In this document: positions 51,440-64,000 of the stretch, piece by piece
How positions within the stretch are numbered: position 1 is the first letter of the stretch
Layout of the letters: the number at the start of each line of letters is the position of its first letter
DNA from: an uncultured Spirochaetota bacterium
GTDB taxonomy: Bacteria > Spirochaetota > Spirochaetia > SZUA-6 > CAVTHK01
Length of the DNA stretch: 64,000 nt
NCBI GenBank assembly: GCA_963734495.1
Contig: CAVTHK010000016.1
Span: 96,001-160,000, forward strand
Direction of reading: 5' to 3'
The notes under the pieces: model-generated
The model's database searches: none
Told to the model about the DNA's origin: nothing
The model's input: only the letters and a program-made list of their open reading frames with translations
Program-made: the position numbers and the translations under genes

Positions 51440-51538
51440 CCTCCGCCGCCGTGGGCACCCGCGGGGGTCCGGGGGGAGGAGCGCGGCGAGCGAGCGACGA
51501 TCCTCTTCGCGGCAGGGCAACCGTCAGCCAGCCGGACG

Positions 51539-52543
51539 TTACTTCAAGGCAGACCACTTCTGGAGCATGGATTCGATGTCTCTCTCGACTTTCTCCTCGA
51601 CACGCGGAAGCTCAGGATGAGCTTGCCACCAGGCAACGGACCGTCTCATTCCCTCGTGAAAGGGAATCCTGCACTGAAAGCCCGGCACGAAGCGTTTGAT
51701 CTTCGTATTGTCGAAGGCCAGACTGTATGCACGATCACCCATCAGCCCTACGCCGGCTATCGGGGAAGTAGCGATAGATGACGTCCGATGGAATGTGAAC
51801 GATCTTCGGAGTAACACCAAGCGCGGCGGCCATATGATAGTGGACCTGGTTCCAGGTAACTACCTCATCGGTGGTTATGTGAAAGGTTTCGCCAATCGCG
51901 TCAGGATTTCCGAGAAGGCCGACGAAGTCCCGGCGCGAAATCGTCGGAGTGGGTCAAGGTCCATAGCGAGGTCCCGTCGCCGTGAACGATGATTTCCTTG
52001 CCGTCGAGCATTCGCTGCGGCACGGTGAATCCCTTTGCCGAAGGTCGAGGGGAACCACCCGTCGCTGTAGGTATGCGAGGGCCGGACTATGGTCATCGGA
52101 AAACCATCGCGCGTGTAAGCTTCTCGCAGTCGTTGTTCGCACTCGGTCTTGCGTTGAGACATTGGCCAGTACGGATTGTAGAGCCAGCTCGAGACTCAGT
52201 GATCATGTAGTGCCGCGGCGGCTTGTGGTAAACGGAAGCCGAGCTGATAAAGACGTACTGGCTCGTGGCATCCCTGGAACATCTGAATGTCCGCTTCGAT
52301 ATCATCCTTGTTCCAGACAAGCCAATCGACGACGACATCGAAGCGCTGCCCACGTAACGCGTCCTTCACCGAGCTCCGGTCCTTGATATCTGCCCGGTGG
52401 ACTGTGACGCGATCACCGAATGGCGATGGCGTCATGCCGCGGTTCAGATGGTGCACCTCAAATCCCCGCGCGAGAGCCTCTTTCGTGCATGACGTAGAGA
52501 TGTTTCCAGTCCCGCCGATGAACAGCACCTTCACGGTCTTCAC
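51539..52543 (-). pseudogene. NAD-dependent epimerase/dehydratase family (multiple frameshifts)
   Basis: [28 protein letters not shown] and FDNTKIKRFVP in separate ORFs. Confidence 0.8.
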
Positions 52544-52787
52544 CTCAATATCCGCTGTTTCTTCGTGTGCAGACTAGCACAGCCCCGCCGCTTTTCAGAC
52601 AGTATGCCAGCAGTTGGCGGCGCGGACAAGACCCGCCGGTTCGCGAGGGCCGGAGGCGAGTCGCGCGCGAAGGGCTGGCCGCCAAGGTGCGCTCTTCAGA
52701 TCGCGCGGGCCCGCTGCATCCCGACCGCAGACCACGTGGCGCCGCCCGACGTTTCCTTCGGAGATTTCCGTTTCCTTCGGGAGATGA

Positions 52788-54157
<1,370 letters not shown>

Positions 54158-54247
54158 TCGGCCGTCCGAAGATAGTCGTTGACAGCGGGAGCGCGGGCAA
54201 GGATGCCGAATGCGCTCGCCTGCAGCAGTGTGGGAACGGAGGTTATC

Positions 54248-55557
54248 ATGAAGGGACGCACGGCATTGGTCGCGTCGTTGTTGTTTCTGTTGATCGCCGG
54301 CTTGACATTCGCCAGCGGAGGCAAGGAGGCGACAGGTTCGAGCACGAGCCCCAGCGGGACCGTCATCTGGTGGTCTCCGAACTGGGACAGCCCGGCTGTC
54401 CGCGGCGGCCCTGGCGACGCGGATCTGGTCAAGAAGTTCCAGGAGAAAAACCCCAACATAAAGGTCGAAATTCAGCAGACCGTGGGGCAGGGCCTCGAGA
54501 ACAAGATCCTTGTGGCCATCCAGTCCGGCTCGGGATTCGACGTGGCGGACGTCTCCGTAGTCGTGGAACATCTCCTTTGCCAAGACGGGCGGCCTGCTCG
54601 CGCTCGACTCGTACATCAAGGAATCCAAGCTGGACGTGTCCGATTTCTATGCCGGCCAACTGGACCACGTCGCAGTACGACGGCAAGACGTAGGGGATGC
54701 CGTATCGGGCCAGCTCCGACGGGCTTCATCTACAACAGGAAGCTTTTCCGCGAGGCGGGGCTCGATCCCGACAAGCCGCCGGTGACCTGGGACGACGTCC
54801 TGACCTACGCGCCAGAAGCTCACGAAGAAGGCGGGCGACAAGAAGCAGTTCGGGTGGGGCCTGGTGGGCGGCGGCGAGACCAACAACTTCATGGCCTACT
54901 TCTCCACGATGATCTGGGGCCACGGCGGCGAGTACATCTCCAGCGACTTCAAGACGGTCACCATCAACCAGCCGCCGGCCGTTGCCGGCGCGACTTTCTG
55001 GGGCGACCTCTTCACGAAGTACACGATCGCCCAGGACTCCGCTCTCCAGGACGACGGGAATACGATCATGCCGCTCTTCGCGCAGGACGTGGTCGCGATG
55101 TACCTCACGGGGATCTACAACATCGCGCCTGTGCGCAAGGCGAGCCCCAACCTGGAGCTGGGCTTTGGCGTCTGGCCGAAGGTCAAGGGCCGGGACCCCG
55201 CCACGAACCTCGGCGGGTGGTCGCTGATCGTTCCCAAGGCCACAAAGAATGCCGCACGCCACGTGGAAGTTCGTGAGCTTCATCGCCGAGCCGGAGAACA
55301 TGGCGGTCCTCACGGACATGTTCCCCGCCCGGAAGTCCGCGATGAAGGCGGCGCGGTTCCAGAATCCTGACTATCAAGACCTTCATCGAGAACATGCAAG
55401 TACTCGCACCCGTTCCCGATCCAGGTCACCAACTGGCCGCAAGATGACGGGCATCGATCCAGAAGAACGCGCAGACGATGTCTGCTGGGACAGAAGACGC
55501 CCCAGGAGGCGATGAACATCATCGCCGCCGAGATGAACGAAGCTGATGCAGCAGTAG
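54248..55557 (+). CDS. Sugar ABC substrate-binding protein (multiple frameshifts, one in-frame TAG)
   Basis: Signal peptide with FASGGKE; NPNIKVE, YNRKLF.EAG and GGW. Confidence 0.8.
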
Positions 55558-55623
55558 TCGACCGTGCAGCGGCGGGGCCGCGTATCCCGCGGCCCGCCGC
55601 CTGCCTCGTAGCGAGGCAGACCA

Positions 55624-56507
55624 TTGCGGAAAGGCCTCTGCAAGCGGACGGGCAGCAGATCCCGGGCATGGCTCTTCACGATGCCCGTCCCGGTCTTCCT
55701 GCTGCTGTTCATCCTCTTTCCGCTGATCTCCAACATCCGGCTCAGCCTGACCGACCAGGAGGGAAACTACGTCGGATTCAAGCAATACGCCGAGGTGCTG
55801 ACCGATCGCCAGCATCTGGGCGTCGGCTCTGGTGACGACCATCTACGTCGGTGTGTCCGTCGTCTTCCAGATCGTTCTCGGGACGTTGACGGCGATCCTG
55901 GTCGAACCAGAAGCTCAAGGGCAAGGCGTTCTTCCGCAGCGCCATCCTGATCCCGTGGGTGGTCCCCGCCTCCGTCGCGGCGACCACCTGGGCGTGGATG
56001 TACCATCCCGCGCTTCGGCGTCGTCGCGCTGGTGATGAACAAGCTCGGGCATCCTCGTCAAGATGGGGCTGCTCTCGACGCCGCAGACGGTCATCCTCGC
56101 CCTCGCGTTCGTCAACGTCTGGAAGATGTTCCCCTTTGTGGCCGTCATGGTTCTCGCCGGGCTGCAGGCGATCGACCAGGAGCTCTACGAGGCGGCGACG
56201 ATGGACGGCACGAACGTGGTGCAGAAGACGCGCTACATCACGCTGCCGTTCCTGCGCAACGTCCTCTTCTCGCTGCTCATCCTGCTGACGATCTGGGGCT
56301 TCAACGGCATCACGATCATCTACACGATGACCCGCGGAGGGCCTGCGGACCTGTCGCTCGTGCTGCCGATCCACATCTACCGCCAGGCGTTCCAGTACTT
56401 CCATCTGAACGTCGCGGCCGCGGAATCGGTGTTCCTCTTCGCCGTGCTCGCGGTGCTCATCGCCATCTACCTCAAGTCGTTCGGCCCGCGACGGAGACAC
56501 GGAATGA
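55624..56507 (+). CDS. Sugar ABC permease (frameshifted; start uncertain)
   Basis: LAGLQAI..ELYEAATMDG and MTRGGP. Confidence 0.8.
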
Positions 56508-57340
56508 AGAAGATCCTCGCTCGGATCCGCGCTGATGCGTCTTTCTCGCTGCTGGTGATCGCCTACAGCCTGTTCCCGTTCTTCTGGATGGTCATGACGT
56601 CGGTCAAGACCGAGCGCGAGCTGCAGACTGTGCCCGCCGACCTTCTTTCCCTCCGAGTACACGTCTCGAGCAACTACCGCAACGTCTTCGTCAATAGCAA
56701 CATCCCCCGGTACTTCGTGAACTCCCTCGTAATCGCCGACAGGCGCCACGTCGCTCGCGCTCGTCATCGCCATGCGTCAGCGGCTACGGGTTCGCGCGCT
56801 TCCGATTCCGCGGCCGGAGCTTCCTCCTCAACGGAGTGCTCTCGAGCCAGATGATCCCGACGGCCGCGATGATGGTTCCGCTGTTTCTGACGCTGCGCAC
56901 CGTCGGCCTCGTCAACACCTACCTCGGGCTGATCCTGGTCTACCTGGTCTTCACCATCCCGTTGAGCGTCTGGATGATGACCAACTACTTCTATTCGATC
57001 TCGGGCTCGATCGAAGAGGCCGCGACGATCGACGGATGCTACGAGGCTCCAGAGCCTTCTCTACATCGTCCTGCCGGTGTCCATCCCGGGGATCGTGGCG
57101 ACGGGGATCTACAACTTCATTACGAGCTGGAACGAGTTCATCTTTGCGCTCGTGTTCGCCACCGACAAGAGCGTCATGACGCTGCCCATCGGCCTGGCGG
57201 AGTTCGTCTTCGAGTTCACGGTCGACTGGGGCGGCCTGATGGCCGCGTCGGTGCTCATGACCTTTCCCATCGTGACGATCTTCTTCGTCCTGCAGAGGTA
57301 CTTCATCAGCGGCCTGACCGCCGGCGCTACCAAGGGATAG
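56504..57340 (+). CDS. Sugar ABC permease (frameshifted)
   Basis: EEAATIDG, SWNEF and GLTAGATKG. Confidence 0.8.
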
Positions 57341-57374
57341 CGCGGACGGGGGAGCAGGGCGGCCCGCCGGCGCG

Positions 57375-58166
57375 CTACGGCCAGATCTTCGCCTTCGGGT
57401 CCATCACCCAGGCGTGCTCTCTCGTGAACTCCGGTGTCCCGTAGCGCTGCCCGTCGAGGTGGCGGATCACCCACAGGTAGTACAGGGCGTAGCCGGGCGC
57501 TGCCACCTGCGGATGGTCGAGCCCGGGGGGGATGAGGAGCGTGTCGAGGTTGCGGACCTGGCACGCTTCGGTCCCGAGAGCTGCCAGGCCGAAGCCGTGG
57601 TCGGGAAGCGTGCGGTAGTGGTAGACCTCGGGCTGCGGGTGATGGTGAGGGGGGTAGCTCGACCATTTGCCGGGAAAGCTCACCGCTTCGCCGACCACCA
57701 GGTTGGCCAACGGGGCGTTCGTGTCGTCGACGACCGTGCGCACGATGCGCGTGGAAGTCTCGCGCATCGTCCCCTTGCCGCGCTCCTCCGAGCGGCACTC
57801 GGCCGGCGTGTAGAGCTTCGGCTCGAAGGCCCGATCGTTGTCCGCCGCCGCGACGGCAATCTCGGCGCCGCCTTCCCGGCCGCTGACGGTCACGGCCACT
57901 GCCGCCGGCACGTGCAGGCACCAGGGCGATTCGTCGAACACGGAGGACCGCGCGATGCTCGCGCTCCTGCCGTCCCACTCGAGAGCCGCAGAGCCCCCGA
58001 GCAGAGTGAAGGCCCGCTCGCGGCCGGGGCCGAGCTCGCGCTTCTCGCCCGCCGCGAGCTTGAGGATGCCGAAGTCCATCCCGATTTCCTTGTGCTTGCG
58101 GCCGATCGCGCAGATCGCCGTGTACCCGCGCGGGAAGCCCTCCTGCTGCCGGATCAAGCCCTTCAC
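57375..58166 (-). CDS. iolB: 5-deoxy-glucuronate isomerase family
   Basis: EERGKG, GKWSSYPPHHHPQPEVYHY, HPQVAAPGY and YYLW; GAGGAGG SD with GTG start. Confidence 0.85.
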   Translation of the reverse strand: MKGLIRQQEGFPRGYTAICAIGRKHKEIGMDFGILKLAAGEKRELGPGRERAFTLLGGSAALEWDGRSASIARSSVFDESPWCLHVPAAVAVTVSGREGGAEIAVAAADNDRAFEPKLYTPAECRSEERGKGTMRETSTRIVRTVVDDTNAPLANLVVGEAVSFPGKWSSYPPHHHPQPEVYHYRTLPDHGFGLAALGTEACQVRNLDTLLIPPGLDHPQVAAPGYALYYLWVIRHLDGQRYGTPEFTREHAWVMDPKAKIWP

Positions 58167-58213
58167 GTGGCCCTCCTCATGAGAGACTGCTTGTGAGCTT
58201 AGCCTGCCCGCGG

Positions 58214-58672
58214 CTACCGGGGCAACTCCGGCGCGTACACCGTCAAGTCCTGCGGGGCGGGCCCGCTGGTCGTTATGGCCACCGTCCTCTCGGCCAGCAC
58301 CCGCTCGGCGAAGTCCACCCCGTAGTCCTTCCATGAGATGGTGACCGTGAGGCTCTCCCCGTTGTTCAGGCTGGCCGTCGCGTTCAAGGCCGGCGTGAAC
58401 AAGGGCAGGGTGTAGTCGTAGGTCATCCGCGGCAGCTCGACCGACCACGGAGCGGTGACCGCGGACGGCGCAGTGAACGCGCCCGTCTCGTCGGTGGTGT
58501 AGATCACGTTTGCGGACAGCCCGGTGGTGCCGGTCAGGGAGTACTTCACGATATACGTGTAGCGGTCCGCGCCGCTCGAGCCGAGCAGCTCGGGGATGCC
58601 CACGGCGCAGCGTGCGAGGCCCGCGATCGCCGCCGCGGCGGCCAGGAGCGGCAGGAAGGACCTTGTTCTCAT
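58214..58672 (-). CDS. Hypothetical exported/lipoprotein
   Basis: Signal peptide followed by Cys; beta-rich body. Confidence 0.65.
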   Translation of the reverse strand: MRTRSFLPLLAAAAAIAGLARCAVGIPELLGSSGADRYTYIVKYSLTGTTGLSANVIYTTDETGAFTAPSAVTAPWSVELPRMTYDYTLPLFTPALNATASLNNGESLTVTISWKDYGVDFAERVLAERTVAITTSGPAPQDLTVYAPELPR

Positions 58673-58811
58673 CCTGCGTCCAAGTCTATCGCACGCGGGC
58701 GCGCAAAGCGAGACCCGTAGTCACGGCGGTCAACCTTGACAGCGGATTCCGCGGCAACTAGACTCTCGGCACGCGTCGAGGCCGGGCGCACGGCGCGGAG
58801 CGCAGAGGAGC

Positions 58812-60108
58812 GTGCTGATGAACAAGCGGGTTGTTGCCCTTTTGGTGCTCGCGGCGTTCTGCGCCGCGGGGACGTGGGCCGAAGGCGGCGTCGAACGCGC
58901 GCGCAAGGGACCGGTCACGATCACGTTCGTGCGAAAGAACACGACGCTGCCGGCGGCATATGAGCAGATCTTCGCTCTCTTCAAGTCCAGGACCGGCAAC
59001 ACCGTCGAAATCCAGGCCTTGCCGTCGGGCGAGGAGTACGGGCAGCTCCTGATGACCCGTTTCGCGACCAAGGACTACCCGGACCTCTTCGAGATGGACC
59101 CCGGCCCCAAGCAGAACACCAAGTTCCGCGCCGAGGAAACGCTGTACGAGTGGACCAGCGACAAGATCCTGGACCGGCTCGTCGACTCCAGCCGCAACTT
59201 CGCCAGGCAGGCGGACGGGAAGATCTACGGCATCCCGTGGGGCGCGACGAACAGCTTTGGCGTGTACTACAACAAGGATATCTTCGCCAGGATCGGCGCG
59301 AAGGAGCCCCAGAGCTACGCTGAGCTCCTGGAGATCTGCAACAAGGTCAAGGCGGCGGGGATCACCCCCATCTACGAGGCCGTCAAGACCGGTTGGCCTC
59401 CCCAGGTCTACTCCCTCGCGAGCTGGGTGACGTGGGTCGACCCGGCGATCGGCGACGACGGCGTCGCGAAGCTCACGGTGAACCAGCTCCGCTTCACCGA
59501 GATCCCCGCGTTCAAGCAGGTGCTGCAGCGCCAGGTCCAGCTCAAGACCCTCGGCTACTACCAGGACAACGTGCTCGCCGGAACCTACGACGAGCAGCAG
59601 GACATGTTCGGGCAGGGCAAGGTCGCGATGATCTTTCAGCTCACCGGGCGTGCTGCCGCTGCTGCAGCAGAAGTTCGGCCCGGACTTCGTCAACAACAAG
59701 GTCGGCTGGTTCCCGATCCCGGGCGAAAGCTCGCCGGGCATCGCGTGCCTGTCGCCCGGCGGACAGATCATGGTCCCCCGCGACAAGCCGAACGCCTCCG
59801 TGTCGACTGATCTGGTGCGCTTCATGACGGAAAAAGACTCCCTCGACATCTGGTACAAGGTCAATCCCGGCATTCCCATTTTCAAGGAGGCCGCCAGCGT
59901 TCTCCTGCCCGCCCAGGAACAGGTGCTGAAACTGGCGAAAGAGGGAAAGGCGAAGATCAACCTGCAGAACAGGATCACCTCGTCGTTCCCCGACTATCCC
60001 AAGATCCTGCAGCAGCTCTTTATCGACGGCGACGTCGACAACGCGCTCAAGGTGCTCGACGAGAACTATCGCCGCACGGGCAAGGCCAGGCAGCTGCCCG
60101 GCTTCTAG
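58812..60108 (+). CDS. Sugar ABC substrate-binding protein (frameshift near 59645)
   Basis: DGKIYGIP, YYNKDIF and KAAGITP; C-terminus in ORF 59650-60108. Confidence 0.88.
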
Positions 60109-60115
60109 GAAGACC

Positions 60116-61045
60116 GTGAGGGGCGGCCGCGCGCCGCCCCTCCGAGCTGCTCGAGGACAGGGCCAGGCCCGACCCGTGAGACACACCGACTACCCTCTCG
60201 CATTCGCTTTCCCGGCGGCGTTCGTCTTTCTGCTCATGTTCGTCACGCCCACCGTGACGAGCTTCTACTACAGCCTGACGGACTGGAACATCCACGCGCG
60301 CGGCGTCAAGTTCATCGGGCTCGAGAACTTCCGGGAGCTCTTCACCGACGTCAAGCTGGTGGCCGCGATCCGCAACACCGTCGTCTTCGCCGTCTCCGTG
60401 ACCGTGCTTCGCAACGTGATCGGCCTCGTCCTCGCGCTGGCGCTCAACATGCGCATGCGGCTGCGCAACGTCCTGCGCACGATCTTCTTTACGCCCTACG
60501 TGATCGCGCCCATCATCATCGGCTACCTGTTCGCGGCCCTCTACCAGCCGGCCCACGGGCTCATCAACCAGACGCTGCGGTGGGCGGGCCTCGGGGCGCT
60601 CGCCGTCGACTGGCTCAACGACGCACGCTACGCCCTGTTTGCCACGATCATGACCGACGTGTGGCGGACGAGCGGCTTCGCCATGGTGATCTACCTCGCG
60701 GGGCTGCAGGTGATCCCGGGGGATCTCTACGAGAGCGCGGCGCTCGACGGCGCCGGGGCCTGGGGGAGGTTCGCGCACATCACGTTCCCGCTGCTCGCCC
60801 CGTCGTTCACGGTGAACCTCGTGCTCTCGATCATCGGGACGCTCAAGGTCTTCGTCATGATCCTCGTCCTGACCAATGGCGGGCCGGGGTACGCGACCGA
60901 GGTGATCAACACCTACATCATGTCGAACTTCAGCCTTGGTCTCTACGGGTACGCCACCGCCGCCAACCTGATGCTGTTCCTGCTGATCGCCGCGATCGGC
61001 CTCCCGCTGCTCTACGGGCTGCGGAAGCGGGAGGTCGAGCTGTGA
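60116..61045 (+). CDS. Sugar ABC permease (start may be 60176)
   Basis: YLAGLQ.IP..LYESAALDGA and TNGGPG. Confidence 0.9.
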   Translation: MRGGRAPPLRAARGQGQARPVRHTDYPLAFAFPAAFVFLLMFVTPTVTSFYYSLTDWNIHARGVKFIGLENFRELFTDVKLVAAIRNTVVFAVSVTVLRNVIGLVLALALNMRMRLRNVLRTIFFTPYVIAPIIIGYLFAALYQPAHGLINQTLRWAGLGALAVDWLNDARYALFATIMTDVWRTSGFAMVIYLAGLQVIPGDLYESAALDGAGAWGRFAHITFPLLAPSFTVNLVLSIIGTLKVFVMILVLTNGGPGYATEVINTYIMSNFSLGLYGYATAANLMLFLLIAAIGLPLLYGLRKREVEL

Positions 61046-61860
61046 AGCGGCTGCGGCTGCTGACCGCGCTCGTCGAGATGCTCTGCCTGGCCCTCGCCGT
61101 CGCGGTGGTCGTCCCGTTCCTCATGATCGCGCTCAATTCGCTCAAGGGCGTGCGCGAGGCCGCTCTCTTCGGCCTCTCCCTTCCGTCGAAGTGGATGTGG
61201 AGCAACTACGGCAAGGTGCTGTCGGAATCGGGGATCCTGCGCGGCTTCGCCAACAGCATCGGGCTGGCCGCCGCCGTCGTCCTCGTCGACGACGTGTTCG
61301 CGGCGCTGGCCGCGTTCGTGATCCAGAGACGGCGCGGGGCCCTTCGCTTCCTCTACTATCTCTTCTTCCTGGGGCTGATCGCCCCGGTCGCGATCGTCCC
61401 GACGATCCGGCTCATGATGGACCTGCGCATCCACAACACGTATCCCGGCATCGTCCTCTACTACACGGCCACCGTGCTGCCGTTTTCCGTGTTCGTGCTC
61501 ACGGGGTTCATGAAGTCGCTGCCCCGCGAGCTGGACGAGGCCGCGCTGATGGAGGGCTGCGGGTACGCGCGGCTGTTCTTCCGCATCATCGTGCCCCTCA
61601 TCGTGTCCGCTCTCGTTACCGTGACGATCGTGGTCACGACGGCGGTCTGGGACGACTTTATGGGGCCTTTCTACCTGATCTCCGACAGCCGCAAATGGAC
61701 GATCATGCTCAAGATCTTCAGCTTCATGTCCCAGTACGAGACCCAGTGGGGCCTGGTGTTCGCCTTCATGATGATGGTGCTCGCGCCGGTGCTCATCGTC
61801 TACCTCGCCCTCCAGCGGTACATCATCGAGGGCCTGACTGCCGGGTCGCTCAAGGGGTAG
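61042..61860 (+). CDS. Sugar ABC permease
   Basis: ELDEAALMEG, WDDF and GLTAGSLKG. Confidence 0.9.
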   Translation: MKRLRLLTALVEMLCLALAVAVVVPFLMIALNSLKGVREAALFGLSLPSKWMWSNYGKVLSESGILRGFANSIGLAAAVVLVDDVFAALAAFVIQRRRGALRFLYYLFFLGLIAPVAIVPTIRLMMDLRIHNTYPGIVLYYTATVLPFSVFVLTGFMKSLPRELDEAALMEGCGYARLFFRIIVPLIVSALVTVTIVVTTAVWDDFMGPFYLISDSRKWTIMLKIFSFMSQYETQWGLVFAFMMMVLAPVLIVYLALQRYIIEGLTAGSLKG

Positions 61861-61929
61861 GCTCGAGGGGCAACGCGGCCCCGCGGCGCGCGGCTGCGAG
61901 ACGCCCGCGGTAGGGGGACGGAGGGACAC

Positions 61930-63675
61930 ATGGCAACCGAGAGAATGGTGCCGGGCACGCTCCTGCTCGAGGAACGTGCGGGAATCGCCGCGAACGCGCT
62001 GGTGGGTCTGGCGGACGAGGACTACGAGCATATCCCGTTCTTCAGCGGGTTCCTCATCGCGAAGCCGGCGTGGATGACCCACGGCAACTGGTTCTGCGGG
62101 CTTCACGGGCGGCTCATCGACGCGCTCATAAGGGCGCGCTGCATGTCCGGAACCACGCAGGGCCTGGACGTCGAGGAGCACTACCGGAGCAACCTTCTTT
62201 CGTTTTTCCGTCCCGACGGCCTGGTCTACAGGCGGAACACGTTCACGCAGGAGACCATCACGGAGCACCAGGCGCGCTTCGAGGAGAGCGCCAGCATGAT
62301 CGACCAGCGCGCCGTGATGCTCGGCGTGACCACCTGGTACATGGCCACCGGTGACCCGAGGGCCAAGGACGCCTCGGACAGGCAGTGCGCCGCCCTCAGA
62401 CGGATCGCGAGAAAGGAGCGGGACTCCTGGTACTACCCTGCCTCCGAGTACACCGAGCACGGGTGGCCCTCGTTCGACGCGGTGCACACCCGCCTCGCCG
62501 TGGACCCTGCGGCCATGTGGGGCCGCCAGGTGATGCCGCTCATCCGCTGGCATCAGTTCACGGGCAACGCGGACGCCTACGAGCTGGCGGAGAGCTTCGT
62601 CGCGAACATCGTGCACCGCAGCGGCGTCTTCAACAGGGACGGCAGCTTCAACGGCGCCCTCGAGTACCGCAACGGGCATTTCCACACGCGCATGGGGACC
62701 CTCGACGCCGTCGCCCGCTTTGCCGTGTTCACGGGGGATTCGTCCCTCCTCGCCTGGGTGAAGAAGTCCTACGACTGGGCGCTCACGCAGTGCACCGCCT
62801 TCGGGTGGACTCCGGGCGACATGCAGGACCAGGCATACGAGCACGAGACCTGCTCGCTCGTGGACGCCATCAGCGTGGGCCTCACCCTGGCCCGGGCCGG
62901 TTACCACGAGTATTGGGGCTGCATCGAGCGCTTCGTGCGCAATCAGCTTACCGAGGCGCAGCTCCTCGACATCGCCTGGATCGACGAATCGCAGGACAAG
63001 AGCAGGGACATCCCCAGGCGCAAGACCTTCTACAAGGTCGCGCAGCGGCTGCGCGGAGCCTTCGCCGGCTACTCGGCGCCCAATGACTTTGTCTACGACG
63101 GGCCGTGGGGGCGGGGCCACGTCATGGACGTCCAGGGCTGCTGCGTGGCATCCGGCACGCGCGGCCTGCACGCGGCCTGGAGCGCGATCGTGACGGAAAG
63201 CCGCGGCCGTGTCTCCGTGAACCTCCTGCTGAGCCGCGGTACCCGGTGGCTCGACGTGAGCAGCCACATGCCGCACGAAGGCCGCGTCGACCTGGACGTC
63301 AACATGGATCTCCCGGACCTGCTGGTGCGCATCCCTGAATGGGCCCCCTTTGGAGGCGTGGAAGTCGCGCGTACGCGGGGCGGCGAGACAGTCGAAACCA
63401 CGGGCAGACGGCTGAGCTGGGTCAATCAGCGTTTCATGCGGCTCGGGCCGGCGAGGGAGGGCGAGAGGATCACGATCAAGTTCCCCCTGCGACGGCAGAC
63501 GACGGTCGAGAGGGCCGTCGACCGGGAGTTCACCGTCGAGTGGATTGGTGACGACGTCGTGGGCATCGATCCGCCGGGCAGGTACTACCCGCTCTACAGC
63601 GGCCGCAAGGTCCTGCCATCTGCGCCGATGAGGCCCTTTGCCTACGCGAGGGACAACGGTACTATTCCGATCTGA
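61930..63675 (+). CDS. GH127/GH146-like glycoside hydrolase
   Basis: HETC, IERFVRNQL and GCC motifs; C-terminal beta-sandwich with VRIPEWA. Confidence 0.65.
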   Translation: MATERMVPGTLLLEERAGIAANALVGLADEDYEHIPFFSGFLIAKPAWMTHGNWFCGLHGRLIDALIRARCMSGTTQGLDVEEHYRSNLLSFFRPDGLVYRRNTFTQETITEHQARFEESASMIDQRAVMLGVTTWYMATGDPRAKDASDRQCAALRRIARKERDSWYYPASEYTEHGWPSFDAVHTRLAVDPAAMWGRQVMPLIRWHQFTGNADAYELAESFVANIVHRSGVFNRDGSFNGALEYRNGHFHTRMGTLDAVARFAVFTGDSSLLAWVKKSYDWALTQCTAFGWTPGDMQDQAYEHETCSLVDAISVGLTLARAGYHEYWGCIERFVRNQLTEAQLLDIAWIDESQDKSRDIPRRKTFYKVAQRLRGAFAGYSAPNDFVYDGPWGRGHVMDVQGCCVASGTRGLHAAWSAIVTESRGRVSVNLLLSRGTRWLDVSSHMPHEGRVDLDVNMDLPDLLVRIPEWAPFGGVEVARTRGGETVETTGRRLSWVNQRFMRLGPAREGERITIKFPLRRQTTVERAVDREFTVEWIGDDVVGIDPPGRYYPLYSGRKVLPSAPMRPFAYARDNGTIPI

Positions 63676-63685
63676 GGAGCGGGAG

Positions 63686-64000
63686 ATGACAACAGTCACT
63701 GGCATATTCACGGGGCAGGGCCTGATCGGCCTTCTCCAGCCCATATTGGCGAGGGAGCTTCCGGGCTGCCGCGTCGTCAACATCCTCGATGACAGCGTGA
63801 TCCGCGACGTGATCGCCGAAGGCGGCGTGGGCAAGTCCGTGATCAGGCGCATGCTGCAGTACTATCAGATCGCGGCCGACGCGGGCGCGGACGTCATCCT
63901 CAACACCTGCTCGTCCGTCGGCGAGGTGGTCGCGCTCGGCCGGGAGGTCGTGAGTGTCCCCATCGTGAGGATCGACGAGCCGATGGCCGCGAAGGCCGTC
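63686..64000 (+). CDS. Aspartate/glutamate/hydantoin racemase family protein (3'-partial)
   Basis: NILDDS, GADVILNTCSSVGE and PIVRIDEPMA. Confidence 0.75.
   Translation, partial: MTTVTGIFTGQGLIGLLQPILARELPGCRVVNILDDSVIRDVIAEGGVGKSVIRRMLQYYQIAADAGADVILNTCSSVGEVVALGREVVSVPIVRIDEPMAAKAV

Noticed and set aside
54690-54692. In-frame TAG in the SBP as possible recoding
   Set aside because: It sits where Tyr is expected (GKxYGMP) in a gene full of indels; an error is more likely, and no pyl genes are present.
61012-63852. Long antisense ORFs (also 10759-13344, 36263-38299, 58758-59978)
   Set aside because: Shadow or alternate frames of real genes in high-GC DNA, with no recognisable motifs.

Overview
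GC-rich bacterial chromosomal window, probably from a free-living Spirochaetia (def-fmt-PASTA gene order; solute-binding proteins with spirochaete-style 'A(E/S)GGKE' N-termini; this is an inference). It opens with housekeeping genes (TIGR02757/DUF2400 protein, an unannotated rubredoxin, def, fmt, a PASTA protein, tRNA-Gly(CCC)). The remaining ~60 kb is accessory DNA: two toxin-antitoxin pairs; an anmK + peptide-type ABC + GNAT cell-wall-recycling operon; an Fn3 lipoprotein behind a sigma54 promoter and a c-di-GMP-I riboswitch; an MNT-HEPN cassette bracketed by a 122-bp duplication inside a decayed operon; a deleted/decaying ABC island; a TRAP transporter; two metallopeptidases; and three sugar-catabolic loci (a DeoR-linked GH35/isomerase/dehydrogenase/kinase/shikimate-DH-like/cupin-PGI locus, a GH1 + ABC + iolB locus, and an ABC + GH127-like + racemase locus). 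Many genes at ~6.7-7.1 kb and ~42-60 kb carry single-base frameshifts that look like long-read assembly errors, so several long ORFs in the supplied track are artefactual fusions. All family assignments come from motif recognition by eye; no searches were run.
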